DNA of 64,000 nt from Antedon mediterranea. Taxonomy: Eukaryota > Animalia > Echinodermata. The notes under the pieces were generated by a model, which made no database searches, was not told the origin of the DNA, and saw only the letters and a program-made list of their open reading frames with translations. The stretch's first letter is position 1. Every line of letters starts with the position of its first letter. Shown one piece after another: positions 48,859-63,900 of this stretch. Where the stretch lies: assembly GCF_964355755.1 (NCBI RefSeq), contig NC_092670.1, forward strand, positions 31,732,388 to 31,796,387, written 5' to 3'. Both the position numbers and the translations under genes were made by a program.

Positions 48859-51252
48859 ATGGGACCACCAAGAGGACTTGTATTACTTTCAATTTTGGTT
48901 GTTACACATTACATCATCTGTGATGCTGGTGAGTAGAGTATCTAAAGACGAGGATTATGTTTTGTGACCAACAACATTGCTGTGATTAAGCCATAGTCAA
49001 GTCGAGAGATAAATGCTAATGTTGCTGCATGCTTTAATACTAAGCCTCTTTTTCCTACCTTTACACATAAAACCGAACGTCCATGCATTTCCGGTGGCAT
49101 GTTATTAAACAATTTACATTTTTTGTCGTGATTATTTCACTTTAAATATACTCGTATTGTATCGTTTTAAATTAATGTAAACTTCAAAAATCTTCCACTA
49201 ATTTAATGTTATACACTACAGAAAATGTTAGTATACTTAGTCCAAAAAAAAATAATATTTGTGTGTGATGCTGGGTTCGTGTTGCAAAAAGTAGATATAA
49301 CCTAGAACAATTCGAGGCGACGGTGCATTTCTTTTCAGGGTGTCCAACTGGATGGCATTACAATGCTGTATTTTCAAAATGCTACTGGGTCACCATTGGG
49401 TAGCTGGGATTCTGCAAGAGATATATGCCGCCAGAATGTTGGTGATTTGGTTGAAATTTATAGTGAAGAGGAAAACTCTTGGATACTTAACCGATTTATA
49501 GAAGATTCCACATCATATGGAGCTTGGATTGGCTACAATGATAAAGACATAGAAAACCAATTTCAGTGGGTGTCAGGGAGGAATGCAAACTACACAAGTA
49601 GGCCTAAATTCTTTGATACTTCTAAATTTTGTAAATACGAACATATTTTAGTAGATTGATTACCCAGTAAATGATAGAATATACGACTGTATCAATAACG
49701 ATACTAAATGTGTTATTGCTAATGAATATTCGAGAGTGGAATCTTTTTTAATGTTTTATAACACTGTCCGTAAGTAAACTATTATACAATTTTCTCTGTC
49801 GAATAGAAACGGCGCCCACAGGTTGGTTTTGAATGAATGAATGCGCTGCTTGCACAACATTTGTGGTCAAATATATAAAAATATTTAAACCGTGTTGTTC
49901 GTACACAGACAAAGCTTTTAAGATTAATTATAAAAAAAATCATAAAAAAAATAAAAAAACACGATAATGAAAAAACATCAAAATATTCAAAAGCATACAG
50001 GCAAAAAAAAATCCTATAATAAAAATTGTCATGAGGCCTACTATGAGACACAGTTTATCATTTTACTAAATCTTATATATGTTTTGATGTTATAGATTTC
50101 GGAATAAATAACTTTTTATACCTACCTGTTCGTATGTAAAGGGATTTAATACGGACTAATGATTGGAGAAATTCGTATTCCAATAATAATGGATGAGACG
50201 GTTATGCGAGTATACGCTCTACCATTTTAAGGATCGCAACTATTCATATTTAGACATTATGTCGCACACGTTTAACTTTGCTATATTTATTAGATTTGTT
50301 TACGGATTCTCACTAAGAATCCCATGTAATTAGCTGTAAGGCTACCGCTCAAGACTATAAATCAAAATCACACTGGATATCATCGAGTTATAATACATTT
50401 CTATAATTTTTGGATCAATATTAAATTTACGTAATTTCGGTGATTGATAGAACGTACTTTTAACCGCGGATAAAGAAAACAAATCATACCAACACTATAA
50501 CCCCATAGAGAAGCGCTAACCATCACCAGAACCCCTTACATTAGTCTGTGGTATTTATGTATCTACATGAGAATATTAGTAAAACTCACATTTGAATCAT
50601 AAAAAAAGCCCTGAGAAACTACCAACAAATATAATAATAAATATATTGTATATTTTTGTAATCTGAACCTCAATAATTCATGTCTTCACTTATTGTAATT
50701 CCTTAGATGTTCATAATACCGATAGAAAATATTTGGCCCTGTTCTAATTCGTTTTGTTTAGATTGGGATCCTGTTGAACCCAACAACAACGGAAATGAAG
50801 ATTGTGCTATACTGATTAAACCTCCGAAAGGTACTTGGGGTGATAAACAGTGTGCAAGTAAGATGTTTGTAACAATATGTGAAAAGTGTAAGTGATAATA
50901 TATTGCATTTAGTAGATTCACATCACATTGATAAAACAATATTTTATATCAGTTTTGCTAACTATGATATTATCAATAATTTTCTCAAGATATTGACAAA
51001 CCAAATATGATGTGTCCGTCTAATGAGACCATAGACATTGATTTAGGCACGGCGTCTGTGAATGTAAATTATTCAGTGACGGTAGCGAAGGCCTTTGTTA
51101 ACTTTGTTACAATTGTACCGAACCCTGTCAACATATTTCCTGGTGTTCTAGATATTGGAAAACATCATTTTCATTTTGATGTTTACGATCATTACGATAA
51201 TTATATAACGTCTTTTAATTATGCATTGTTTATTTCCTTATTATTCAATTAA
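48859..51252 (+). pseudogene. C-type lectin + HYR gene copy B, pseudogene
   Basis: Exons 48859-48928, 49339-49597 (8 nt shorter than copy A, giving TAG at 49401-49403), 50762-50887, and 50990 to ~51214, where a ~1.9-kb deletion removes the end of HYR1 and HYR2-4. Confidence 0.88.
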
Positions 51253-54200
51253 TTCTTTAAATTATAAACTTTAATTACGTTAACAATTAATATTTGAGGG
51301 TGGACGTAACTTAGTGCACATACAAAAATGAGTGAATTTATTTATCGTAGCATTATTAAAGTCAATTTTCAAATTATATTGGTTGAACATTATGTCTCTG
51401 TAATTGCAAATACGCTCTGAATATAATGTACTTTGTAATACGAATATAATAGGCTATAAGTCTTAACAAGAACTAGTGTTTCTTTAATATAAATTGTACA
51501 TTCCTACACGTGTAACATTTTAGGGTATTTCTTTTTGATTAATTAGTAATTAACGATAGCAATATCAAATTGAACCATAAACAATGATCATACGACAATG
51601 CTATGAACTTATGTTTTGTACCATACGTAGTTAATCAATGTAAATATTGAATGTAATGAATTAGCACAAATATAATTACATTCACATAGTACCTTGTATT
51701 CCGTAAAATATATGTGCTTTAGACTTTGTAAACAATTGTAACCAACACTCGACCCTGAAATAGATACAATATTTCATATAATGCGGTACAATTTATAATA
51801 GGCCTAATTAATATATTAAGTTTAATAATACAATATAATAAAAAGGTAATACTCTCCAAAAATAAAAAGTCATTGAAAACGCATAAGCCTACCAAACGAA
51901 TAATACCGTACTTATAATGTACTGTATTATAATACGCGTACGATGTTGGATGTGTATTCTTGTTTGAAATTAATATTTGTTATCATTATGAGAGTAAGAA
52001 TATAAAGTGCATGTATTGTGGGATGATAATGGACATATACATGTACATTTTTGTACAATCAGACAATACTTAACCAATCATCACTATTTTTGAAAATAGA
52101 CAATTGGAACATAATTAAATATTGATGCAAGTTGATTACCATTTCATATGATGTATTTATTTCCCAATAATATTGTGACCTTTCTTGTTACTATACGTTA
52201 CAACTATAAATCCATCTATTACGACATTTAATATGTTTTTCTTGTATACATATTTTGTGTGCAAGATAATGTCCACGAGGCTTTTGTTTGTTCATTCATT
52301 TTTAAATTGTCTCATGTAATTCGAGGACCCGCATTAAACCTTTTCAAAGGCCATCTCACTAACCGCTCCCAATGCACTAGATATAACTCTATTTCCAATG
52401 TTTGTCCTATCACCTGTGGCGACCCCCAAGGCTCCTTATTTGGCCTACTTCTGTCCACCATTTACACAATGATGTCCACCGAACCCCAAACTTGCTTAAT
52501 ATTTTATTTATGCAGATGATACTACAGTTGTTAAAAAATATTAAAACACTTTTTGACACCTTTAATACCAATGTTATCACCTTGTCCCAGTACTTTGCTG
52601 CTAACAAACATAACAAATGTATAGCTACTTGTTGGAACCCCACAATTCACTACTTAAAACCTTTATTGGCAATCATGAAATGCCACCAGTAAAGACTATT
52701 AGATTTCTTGGCGTTACCATTGGCAACATCCTCTCATGAAAACCCCATATCCAAGAAACTGACAACAAAGTGTCCAAGAACCTTATCGAAAGACAAACCA
52801 CGGTTCAGAAATGGAATAATGAAAGAACATACTTATTTTCTATGCAAAAATCACAAGATAGATATATCTAAAGCATAACATCTGAAGGCAAACCTAGAAA
52901 TAATCTTCATCACTGACAACAAATAAAGTTTATTCACGCCTGACATTTTATTTTATTAACGGTAGCCAAGACATATATACAAAAGGAATCCCAGTGTCGA
53001 ATATCAACTGTTACAAGTAGATTCACTAAGATGGAAGTTTCGATCCACGATGATCCATCAAAGAACCTGCAAGATCTTCAACGCAAGAGGTGAGTTTTCA
53101 GACCTATGCTTTTTGTATTATTATGTTTTTGGAACGTTTTACCTGACAATTTCTAGGAAAGTCATTTTAACGTAGATAATTTGAATAATTACTGATAACA
53201 ACTGTATAATATAATTGTAAGATTCAATGTAATAGAAGTACACTGTTTCCAGACGATTAGCTGATTTTGCCATCTAATCATCAAATGTCTGATTTCATTC
53301 CTGAAATGACAGTTACAAAGGTTAAAAAAAGTTGATTCGACGCTGATTTATCTAGCAAGCAAAAATCGACTCCTTGAAAATATTAGATTTTGAATAAATA
53401 AATAAATAAAAATAGAATAAATAAATAAATTTATTTTCTTTTTTCTTTTTTTTTCTCTTTCAATGTAAGCAAAAATACAAATTTAAATATAAATAATAAA
53501 GAGGCAAAACTCAAGAAGTAACAAAATGTGAAGGTCTCCCTAAAAAAATAAATGTGACGGCAAACAAGCTAAGAAATACAAATAAATTGTAATCATATTG
53601 ATATTTGATTTAACACACAGAAACAAAAGAAAACAGTAAAGCACAACAAGGCCATATACATGACTGCAGAGGCCTGCTCAAGTTAGTGTTCACCGACCAA
53701 CCGACCGACATAGTGAGCTGTAGAGTCGCGTTGCACGCGACTACAAAAGACAAGATGATTATTACCATGGAAGCACAGAAAACCAAAACAAATGTGTTTA
53801 TTCTGTTGTACTTTTTTTGCGATGTTTTCAGTGAAGTATAGAGTATTGTATATCCAAACAAAAGATAATTAGGCTGTGGTCTGAGAATAGAATCGAAAGA
53901 AAGTTTGCATTCTTTAAGTTTGTGCTTAATCCCTCATCTGAATAACGAGACAAATCACTTTGGATGAGACAAGATCTTTCTTTCTCTTTCTTCCAAATTT
54001 TTATGTTGTTGTTCCTTTCTTTCTTTTCTTTCATTATTCTGTTTTTCTTTCATTATTTTTTTTCATCATTTTGTTTTCTTTCATTATTTTTTTTTCATCA
54101 TTTTGCTTTCTTTCATTATTTTTTTTTCTTTCATTATTTTCTTTCTTTCTGTTTTCTTTCTTTTTTTATACTCTTTATTCTTTCCCTTTTTCTTTCTTTC

Positions 54201-54779
54201 ATTACTTTCTCTTCTTTCATAATTTATTTGTTTTCTTTCATTTATTTCTTTCTTTCTTTTCTTTTTCCATTCTTTCATTTCCTTTAATTTATATCTTAGT
54301 AATCAACGCACGTGGTTCAATTATATATGACATATACATGACAGCGATGTTTTTAGATTTAGATAGATATTTCTCATGGAAGATGGAAAGAATAACCGTT
54401 TACCATGATAACAATCTTGTTTAAATCTTTAGTAATTTAACAACAAAGATAGTAGATAGATAGATAGATATAGGCCTAATAGACTAAACATACAGTATGT
54501 TCGTGTTTTCAAAGAAGAATAAGAAACTTGGTTTTACACTCTATAATGATTATGATATCATGATTATGGATAATATTTATCAATGTAAATAATATGTATA
54601 TAATCTAAAACGTTTTCTCCTCATTATAAAGACAAGTGTGGTTTTATGTCGGAATGCTTTTATTAATATTACGTTCAAATCACTTTTGATCAGAACTAGT
54701 GGTTTTCACTATTAAACAGAATCGCTAACCTACCTTAGATCATTTTTTGCAATGTTATCAAATGGATTTATATTTCCAG

Positions 54780-55232
54780 CACTGTTTCAACTGAATGTTA
54801 TCACTGTTTTAACTGAATTTTATCACTGTTTTAACTGAATTTTATCACTGTTTTAACTGAATTTTATCACTGTTTTAAATGAATTTTATCACTGTTCCAA
54901 CTGAATTTTATCACTGTTTTAACTGAATTTAATCACTGTTTTAACTGAATTTTATCACTGTTTTAACTGAATTTTATCACTGTTTTAACTGAATTTTATA
55001 AGGGAAAAGTGAATTTCACTATTCCCTGATTTTATCAATATTACAACTGAAATCTATTACTGTTTTAACTGGATTAACTAAATTGTATTACTGGTTTAAC
55101 TGAATTTTTATCAGTGTTTAACTGAATTTTATAATTGTTTTAACTGAATTTTATAATAGAAAAGTAAATTTCACTATTCCCTGATTTTATCAATATTATA
55201 ACTGAAATGTATTACTGTGTTAACTGGATATC
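54780..55232. repeat. 22-bp minisatellite, copy 3
   Basis: (ACTGTTTTAACTGAATTTTATC)n. Confidence 0.9.
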
Positions 55233-58200
55233 ATGTGAAAAAAGTTTTTAGCAAAATAATATTCGCCTAGTGTTAAACAGGTATAATGATATGTAAGATG
55301 TTTAAATTGTGTTAGGTCTTTGAAATATTCATGACGTATGCCTACGTTTGAGATAGAACGTGTCTTTATACACCTACCGATGTCATGTCACGTCACAACG
55401 TTACTACAACCGAAAAGATTCATATATCATTTTCAGTCGAATGTGGGCGTGTGTGAACATTCTATATAAGCCCGCGTACACTATCACACATCGGCCTAAT
55501 CATATGCGTCGAAATTGGTATAGCGCATTGGAGTCAACGTCTACTATCATGTTGTAATTTTTAGCATAGAATTACAGGTCCATGATTAAACAACCAAAAT
55601 CAAACAGCGAAAGATTAGTTATCCCATAAGACGACAAGCGGGCATCTTAGACATGACCCGTAATGGTTGGAAAATAACAGACAATATAAACACCAAGATA
55701 TCCGTATTTTATAAAAGTTCATACATTTATTAATTTATTTTGTATTATTATTATTTGTGTACAGTTAATGGTAATTTTTTATTTTTAAAAACAATTGTAT
55801 TTACATGATTAGTCAATACATAATCATCCCATCATCTGAAAAGATATAAAATACAAAATAATGTGTTTACATGATTCTATAGGAACTAAATTAATATGTC
55901 AGGCTATGACTTAAAATTAGTAGTTTGGCTGGTGTTAGGTGTATGTTTTACATCAATTAATATAGTAGGCGTTTTAGGGTTTAAAAAAAATGAAGTACCG
56001 TATAGTGTAGTCATAATACTGTTCTATCAATAGTAATAGTACTTAAGGTTTAGTTTTGTTATTGCAGACTTACGTCATGTTCCTTTCAAATGTGTTTGTA
56101 ATGGCTACCGATTGCTTATAGTTTTGTCTTCGCGGCAACAATATCTCCGATGGTGGAAGTGATGATCTTCTTTGGTCGGTAAATTGCATCCAAATTTGTT
56201 ACGTTAGTTAGAGAATTTAATTCTGCTGTAAGTTGCTGAATGAAGCTATGAAGAATAAAAAACAATAAATGTATTACTTGTATTTAAATCTTGACAAACA
56301 TTCACTAATGCTCTACAGTCAACAATCTTAACATAGTCAATTCAATTCAATTCAAAGCAGGCACAAGCCCATGGCGTACCTATAACTGACACAGACAATA
56401 ACAACAACAAAATAAATTAATAATAAATAATAAAAAAATTGACCGAAGAATAGTTAATATTTGGAAATCAGTTGAATTTTAAATTTAGATAAAAATGATT
56501 TACTAGAAACAGAGTTTAAGATGGAGAGTGACAGATCGTTCCAAAAAGTGGATCCGGAATACCTAATGTGTTGAAAGTGGTTGGTTTTATGGGTTGGAAT
56601 ATGTAGTTTTGAACTAATACGGGTATGATGATAATAAATTAAAGAATTAGGAGCAAAGATGTTTGGGAAGGTTAGAATTAATAGAAGAAAAGATGAAAGA
56701 GCCTTGTTGTGTTAGATTGGTATCAAAGACTTAGAGAAGATGAAGATTGGAAAAAATATGAGATGAATGAGACAGGGGTGGGGCGCCAGATATAACCCTG
56801 ATGGCCTTTTTTTAAGAGTTTGAAATTCAATGGGTTTGTATCTGATTTACTGTTTTTTATTTTTTTATAAGCTAAATCATTATTTGTTTAATATCCTGAC
56901 TACAAAATGACATTTCAATGTTTGATTTTAGTATTCTTTATTTTTGCATAAAAAACGTAACGTAATATCCTTTAGTATCCGATTAGATCATAGTTCAAGA
57001 ATTTTGATTTTCACTCAGATGAAAAACATGGTGACTGAGTTGTTCAACCCAACCCAATATATTTATAGAAAAGACAACTTCAAAGAAGAGATACAGACCA
57101 AGGTTATCAAGTTGTTTGATAGCCTTGCACACTAGACTAATGAAAGTGGTCTATTCTGTTGGGGAAGATTACCAAAAATCAGAAGACAACTCAACATCTT
57201 GTGATTAAGTTCTTGACATGGCCACAAGTTTGAGCATTGAAGTAGTGACGAGAAAAACATTTTACAAGCAACAAAATAAAGTACATGGGATATGAGTGGT
57301 CTGCACTACGTACATTTTTGTTGGTATCTTTATGTATGCTTACCTATATCCAGTGAACACAAAAATCGATGTTAACATTAAATATTCTCATTCCTAAGGT
57401 GGGATTTTAACGCATTTCTAATTATACCAATCAGTTCCACAGTTTTGGACAATATTGGAGTAGGTAACACAAATATCTGTAAGTGCAGTTTTCCGTGCTC
57501 ATAATTTTTGGTATCAATGTATAAATCAATGTCTCTTTATTTTGATGTAATTAAATAAACAATGACGTCACATAAGGATATAAGGTTATGTTTTTTTAAA
57601 GATGTAAAATGAAGATTAATTACAGCAGACTTTGATTATTTGTAGTTCCAATCAAGTTAATCAATTGCGTAGAAACAAAACCAAGAAAAAACTATGTTTT
57701 TTACTAAAATGACAAAATAAATGGTTAAATTCAACCAAAAATCCATTGGCTGGCAGCCAATTTGACTTGTTTGCTTTAAATTACAGTTTTTCAGGTAAAT
57801 AATTTTTTTTTTCGATCCAAGTGGATAACTATTATATGATATTAAAATGGCCTAATCAACAAAAAGATGTAAAATATTTGTTCAGGGGAACAATACATCT
57901 TTAAATAATGAACATTTCCGTATCTAAAACATGTAAATATTATTTTAAAGATATGACTATTATATCTAAATTCATTCACATGCCCGTGTCTTTCATCATC
58001 TTGTATTAAAAATTAAATTAAATTTCAACAATCCGTGTAAGAGTTATTGAAATGTTTACCTTATTTGACAGTGAAATATTACAATAAAATGCTGTAATTT
58101 TTAAAATGGCCGTTACTATGGGCACAAGATACATATATTAAAAACAATTTTATGATGAGTGCATGTTTCAACCAAACCTCTTTCATTGTGCAAATTTTAA

Positions 58201-59720
58201 AGAAAATCTATTTTTGTGACTTGGCCACCTAAAGGTCGATATTTATAGACAACTGCTCTTAAGTCTTTGGATAGTGGAATTATTTTTACAGTGTTGAATT
58301 AAGCATATGAACTCATAACATTTTAGTTGGTATAGCCAATAATCTTTATCACCTATTATCACAACCACCAACACCATAATTGTTGTAGCGACGATTATAG
58401 TAGGTTTACTGAGATTGAATCTACTTAGAACTGTATTGTGTAGCCTAACTTTGCATTAGACCAACTATAAGACTACATATAGTTACGATATTTATTTTTA
58501 CTTTACTACAATTACGTACGTGTGATACCGATGTGTTTTTCTTAATTTGTATAGAGAAACGAATGCTTTAAGAAGAGGTTTAAGAGGAACCGAATTACTA
58601 CGTCAACAATGACATAATTTTATGGTATCTGTATTGACAAACTGTAGGCCAATTGTGGCATGAGATTCATTTAATTCATCAACCCACGTGACCATGTTAC
58701 TTGCAATTCATGCGAGGTGTGATATGATCAAACCTGTTTTATAAATCATTGTTGCTGTCAAACTGTCTGTTTAATGCATTACTAAACCCAGACATTAAAA
58801 GCAGAAAATGCATATTTCCCATTTTAAATCAATTAAGGATAATAAGCCCGGACTTAAACGGAATAAAACATACTAAAGTATACTAGAGCTATCGTCTGAG
58901 CCAACTGGCAAGAGTAACACTTGGCTCACTAAAAAATTTGCCGCAAACTGTGATCGCGTTCTATCGAACGCACACTTGACATCTAAAACGATGTTTTAAG
59001 CCCGGCGCACACTAGAGCTCCGGCTGAGCCAACTGGCACGAGAAACACTTTGCTCACAGTGTGCGCCGGGGAATTTGGCACGCGTGCCATTTTCCTCAAG
59101 TGTGCGCCGAACGTAAGCAGCAGATATCTCACTAAAAAATTCCACTGCGCATGGCATGTTCAAATTTATTATAATAATATGTCAGCGCGTGTCGTATAGC
59201 GTATTAAGTAACTATCCAATCAGCAAATGGCGTACTGAATTTTAATACAAGCAATACAAGTACAATTAATATTAATTATTATTATTATCATAGGATATTA
59301 CTGCCTTGTAGAGTATTATTTAGTTTTAATAAATGCTTCTCCTGACGTGTAAACGAGAAACTATGGTAACATGCGGAGAATCATCGTACAAGTATTTGGT
59401 TATTTTACTAATTACGAGACTATTTTAGATGCCATTCAATACAATTTGTTGACAGAGGTAAAACGTGCTGTCGTTTGATCAGGATCATTTTTTATATTCA
59501 TTCAGGTAGGTATATGTTACATTTTAATTAGGTAAACAGTATTACTTTTGTTTATGATGTTAACGTATTTATATAGCGCATTTGCCAAAGAATGTTGTCT
59601 CAACAATGCGTTGTGGACTTACAGTAGATGTTACACTCTTCAACATTAATCTCTCCTAAGAGTCCCGTCATTTAAACCAGCCGTACTTTTTAATATATAG
59701 TTTGTTGAATGTGTGTAAAA

Positions 59721-60466
59721 ATGGGACCACCAAGAGGACTTGCATTACTTTCAATTTTGGTTGTTACACATTACATCATCTGTGATGCTGGTGAGTAGAG
59801 TATCTAAAGACGAGGATTATGTTTTGTGACCAACAACATTGCTGTGATTAAGCCATAGTCAAGTCGAGAGATAAATGCTAATGTTGCTGCATGCTTTAAT
59901 ACTAAGCCTCTGTTTCCTACCTTTACACATAAAACCGAACGTCCATGCATTTCCGGTGGCATGTTATTAGACAATTTACATTTTTTGTCGTGATTATTTC
60001 ACTTTAAATATACTCGTATTGTATCGTTTTAAATTAATGTAAACTTCAAAAATCTTCCACTAATTTAATGTTATACACTACAGAAAATGTTAGTATACTT
60101 AGTCCAAAAAAAAAAATATTTGTGTGTGATGCTGGGTTCGGGTTGCAAAAAGTAGATATAACCTAGAACATTTCGAGGCGACGCTGCATTTCTTTTCAGG
60201 GTGTCCAACTGGATGGCATTACAATGCTGTATTTTCAAAATGCTACTGGGTCATCGACACATTGGGTATAAGCTGGGATTCTGCAAGAGATATATGCCGC
60301 CAGAATTTTGGTGATTTGGTTGAAATTTATAGTGAAGAAGAAAACTCGTGGATACTTAACCGACTTAGAAAAGATTCCACATCAGATGGAGCTTGGATTG
60401 GCTACCATGATAAAGACATAGAAAACCAATTTCAGTGGGTGTCAGGGAGGAATGCAAACTACACAA
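59721..60466 (+). CDS. C-type lectin gene copy C, exons 1-2 (remainder beyond the window)
   Basis: Exon 1 at 59721-59790 (signal peptide) and exon 2 at 60200-60466 (267 nt, open). Intron 2 is interrupted at ~60948 by Helentron-type elements. Confidence 0.85.
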
Positions 60467-60948
60467 GTAGGCCTAAATTCTTTGATACTTCTAAATTTTG
60501 TAAATAGGAAGATATTTGTGAACAGTAGATTGATTACCAGTAAATGATAGAATATACGACTGGGTCGATAACGATACTAAACGTGATGTTGCTAATGAAT
60601 GTTCGAGAGTGGAATGTTTTTGAACGTTTATAACACATTTTTATAACACTGTCCGTAAGTAAACTATTATACAATTTTCTCTGTCGAATAGAAACGGCGC
60701 CCACAGGTTGGTTTTGAATGAATGAATGAATGCGCTGCTTGCACAGCTTTGTTGTCAAATATATAAAAATATTCGTACACAGACAAAGCTTTTAAGATTA
60801 ATTATAAAAAAAAATCATAAAAACATCAAAAAACACGATAATGAGAAAATATCAAAATATTCAAAAGCATACAGGCAAAATCCTATAATGAAAATTGTCA
60901 TGAGGCCTACTATGAGACAGTTTATCATTTTACTAATCTTATATAATT

Positions 60949-63900
60949 AGGTTATATGCATTATCATGCATATAACCTCTTGATTCTGTCAAAATCTTTA
61001 TTAGGTTATATGCATGATATGCATATAACCTCTTGATTCTGTCAAAATCTTTATTAGGTTATATGCATGATATGCATATAACCTCTTGATTCTGTCAAAA
61101 TCTTTATTTATTTATTTATTTATTTATTTATTCTTTCCTTAGCACTATTTTGTCCGTGCATTATCTTGGCATCAGTTTAATCTAGCTAAGTCAAGTTTTC
61201 AGAGTATATTCCTTATGGCCAGGAATCGATGTGGTTATATTTTCACGATGCGTAATCAAAAATTACGCGGTCTACGCGCGATTTTACGAAATCACGTTTG
61301 TAATCATATCTTCACAAGCATGAATCACAATTAAACAAAATTTGGTACTCATAAATTTCAGGTCATATTTCATCATATGGCAATACAATTACGTGCGTAG
61401 CGCATATAACGCTTGCGTACGCGCGCTTAAAATGTTCAAAATTGTCAAAATTTATTTTCGATGAAATTAGAGTACGTTTCAGGCAATTTTAAGCGTTTAA
61501 AAAATTGCCATGAGTGCGCAAATTTTTGCACGCGCACTGCGCGTTAAACGTTAATGCGCACTCTTTTTGCCCGATTTCTGTTTTACAATCTTTCTTTAAT
61601 AATATCATCATATTTGATTCAGGTTTCAACTCGGAATTGCGTTATACGAGCACGTCAAAAGTGATTGGCTACGCACGTATAAGTTAACAAAATGGTGAAA
61701 ATATGCTAAATTTTTAAATTAATATATATCGTCAGAATGCAGGGGAACACCTATTTTTTATTTCATTTTCTTGAAGTGTATGTATCATATGTATGATTTA
61801 TTATCAAATTAAGAGAACCAAAGTTGATTAAGTCATCATTAATTGCATATTAAATTTAAAAAAAATAATTTCGACAATCAAACAAATTATGACATTTTCT
61901 TAGGCCAAAATAACAAACTTAACATTAACTTTCTTCCTTCAAAAGTTCATATATTAAAGTTAAAAGTATGTAGTTTGACAGTGCATCATTTGTTTACATT
62001 TTAAAGATGTCATCATAGTAAAAAATTATAATTCATTTCGGTATGTAATAATCTATTTGCATCAAAGTGGTTACTGCATAGTAAATACACGGAGGAATCT
62101 TTCTACAAATTTTAGTCAGTTGTGTATGGCTCGGTGGTCTGTGCTCGTGTCTATGGCATTCAAGGTACCGAGATCGAGTCTCACCTTGGGAAACGAAATA
62201 AGATTTTTTTTTTATTATCCGTATTGTTTGTTCAAATTTATTTCTTAGTGTATAGATTATACACATGATTTATAATGAAATCTAGATAAAAATTAACTTA
62301 TGTCTTTATTATTATGTAACAACAAATGTGGTTTATGACATTATACGCATATGGATCTTTGATCGGATTGTGATACCGGCTATGGTGTTCGCGTTAGCAA
62401 GGTACTAGGTCCTATCATATATTATAAATAATTAAAGATTCTGAGAAAATCAATCAATCAATATATCTTTAAAAAATCAATTATCTTTATTTAAATCAAT
62501 GCATATAACCTATAATTCGTCATAGTGACGAATTAAATCTAGTTTATTTATTTATTTATTTATTCTTTCCTTAGCACTATTTTGTCCGTGCATTATCTTG
62601 GCATCAGTTTAATCTAGCTAAGTCAAGTTTTCAGAGTATATTCCTCATTGCCAGGAATCGATGTGGTTATATTTTCACGATGCGTAATCAAAAATTACGA
62701 GGTCTACGCGCGATTTTACGAAATCACGTTTGTAATCATATCTTCACAAGCATGAATCACAATTAAACAAAATTTGGTACTCATAAATTTCAGGTCATAT
62801 TTCATCATATGGCAATACAATTACGTGCGTAGCGCATATAACGCTTGCGTACGCGCGCTTAAAATGTTCAAAATTGTCAAAATTTATTTTCGATGAAATT
62901 AGAGTACGTTTCAGGCAATTTTAAGCGTTTAAAAAATTGCCATGAGTGCGCAGATTTTTGCACGCGCACTGCGCGTTATACGGTAATGCGCACTCTTTTT
63001 GTCCGATTTCGGTTGTACAACCTTTCTTTAATAATATCATCATATTTTATTCACTTTTCAACGCGTAATTGCCTTATACGAGCACGTCAAAAGTGACAGG
63101 CTACGCACGTGTAAGTTAACAAAATGGTGAAAATATGCTAAATTTTAAAATTAATATAGATCGTCAGAATGCTCGGGAACACATATTTTTTATTTAATTT
63201 TCTTGAAGTGTATGTATCTTATGTATGATTTATTATTAAACTAAGGGAACAAAAGTTGATTAAGCCATAATTAATTGCATATTAAATTAAAAAAAATTCA
63301 TTTCGACAATCAAACAAATTATGACATTTTCTTAGGCCAAAATAACAAACTTAACATTAACTTTCTTCCTTCAAAAGTTCATATATTAAAGTTAAAAGTA
63401 TATAGTTTGACAGTGCATCATTTTTGTACATTTTTAGAGATGTCATCATAGTAAAAAATTATAATTCATTGCGGTATGTAATAATCTATCTGCACCAAAG
63501 TGGTTACTGCATAGTAAATACACGGAGGAATTTTTCTACAATTTTTAGTCAGTTGTGTATGGCTCGGTGGTGTGTGCTCGTGTCTATGGCACTCAAGGTA
63601 CCGAGATCGAGTCTCACCTTGGGAAACGAAATAAATTTTTTTTTTTATTATCCGTATTGTTTGTTCAAATTTATTTCTTAGTGTATATATTATACACATG
63701 ATTTATAATGAAATCTAGATAAAAAATAACTTATGTCTTTATTATTATGTAACAGCAAATGTGGTTTATGACATTATACGCAGAGGGATCTTTGATCGGA
63801 TTGTGATACCGGCTATTGTATTCGCGTTAGCAAGGTCCTATCATATATTATATATTATTTAAAGAATCTGAAAAAATCAATGAATCAAAATATCTTTTAA

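Noticed and set aside
20735-50887. Diversity-generating retroelement (RT genes near a variable C-type-lectin fold)
   Set aside because: The RTs are ordinary LINE and PLE types, there is no template repeat, and the exon-3 differences are not adenine-specific.
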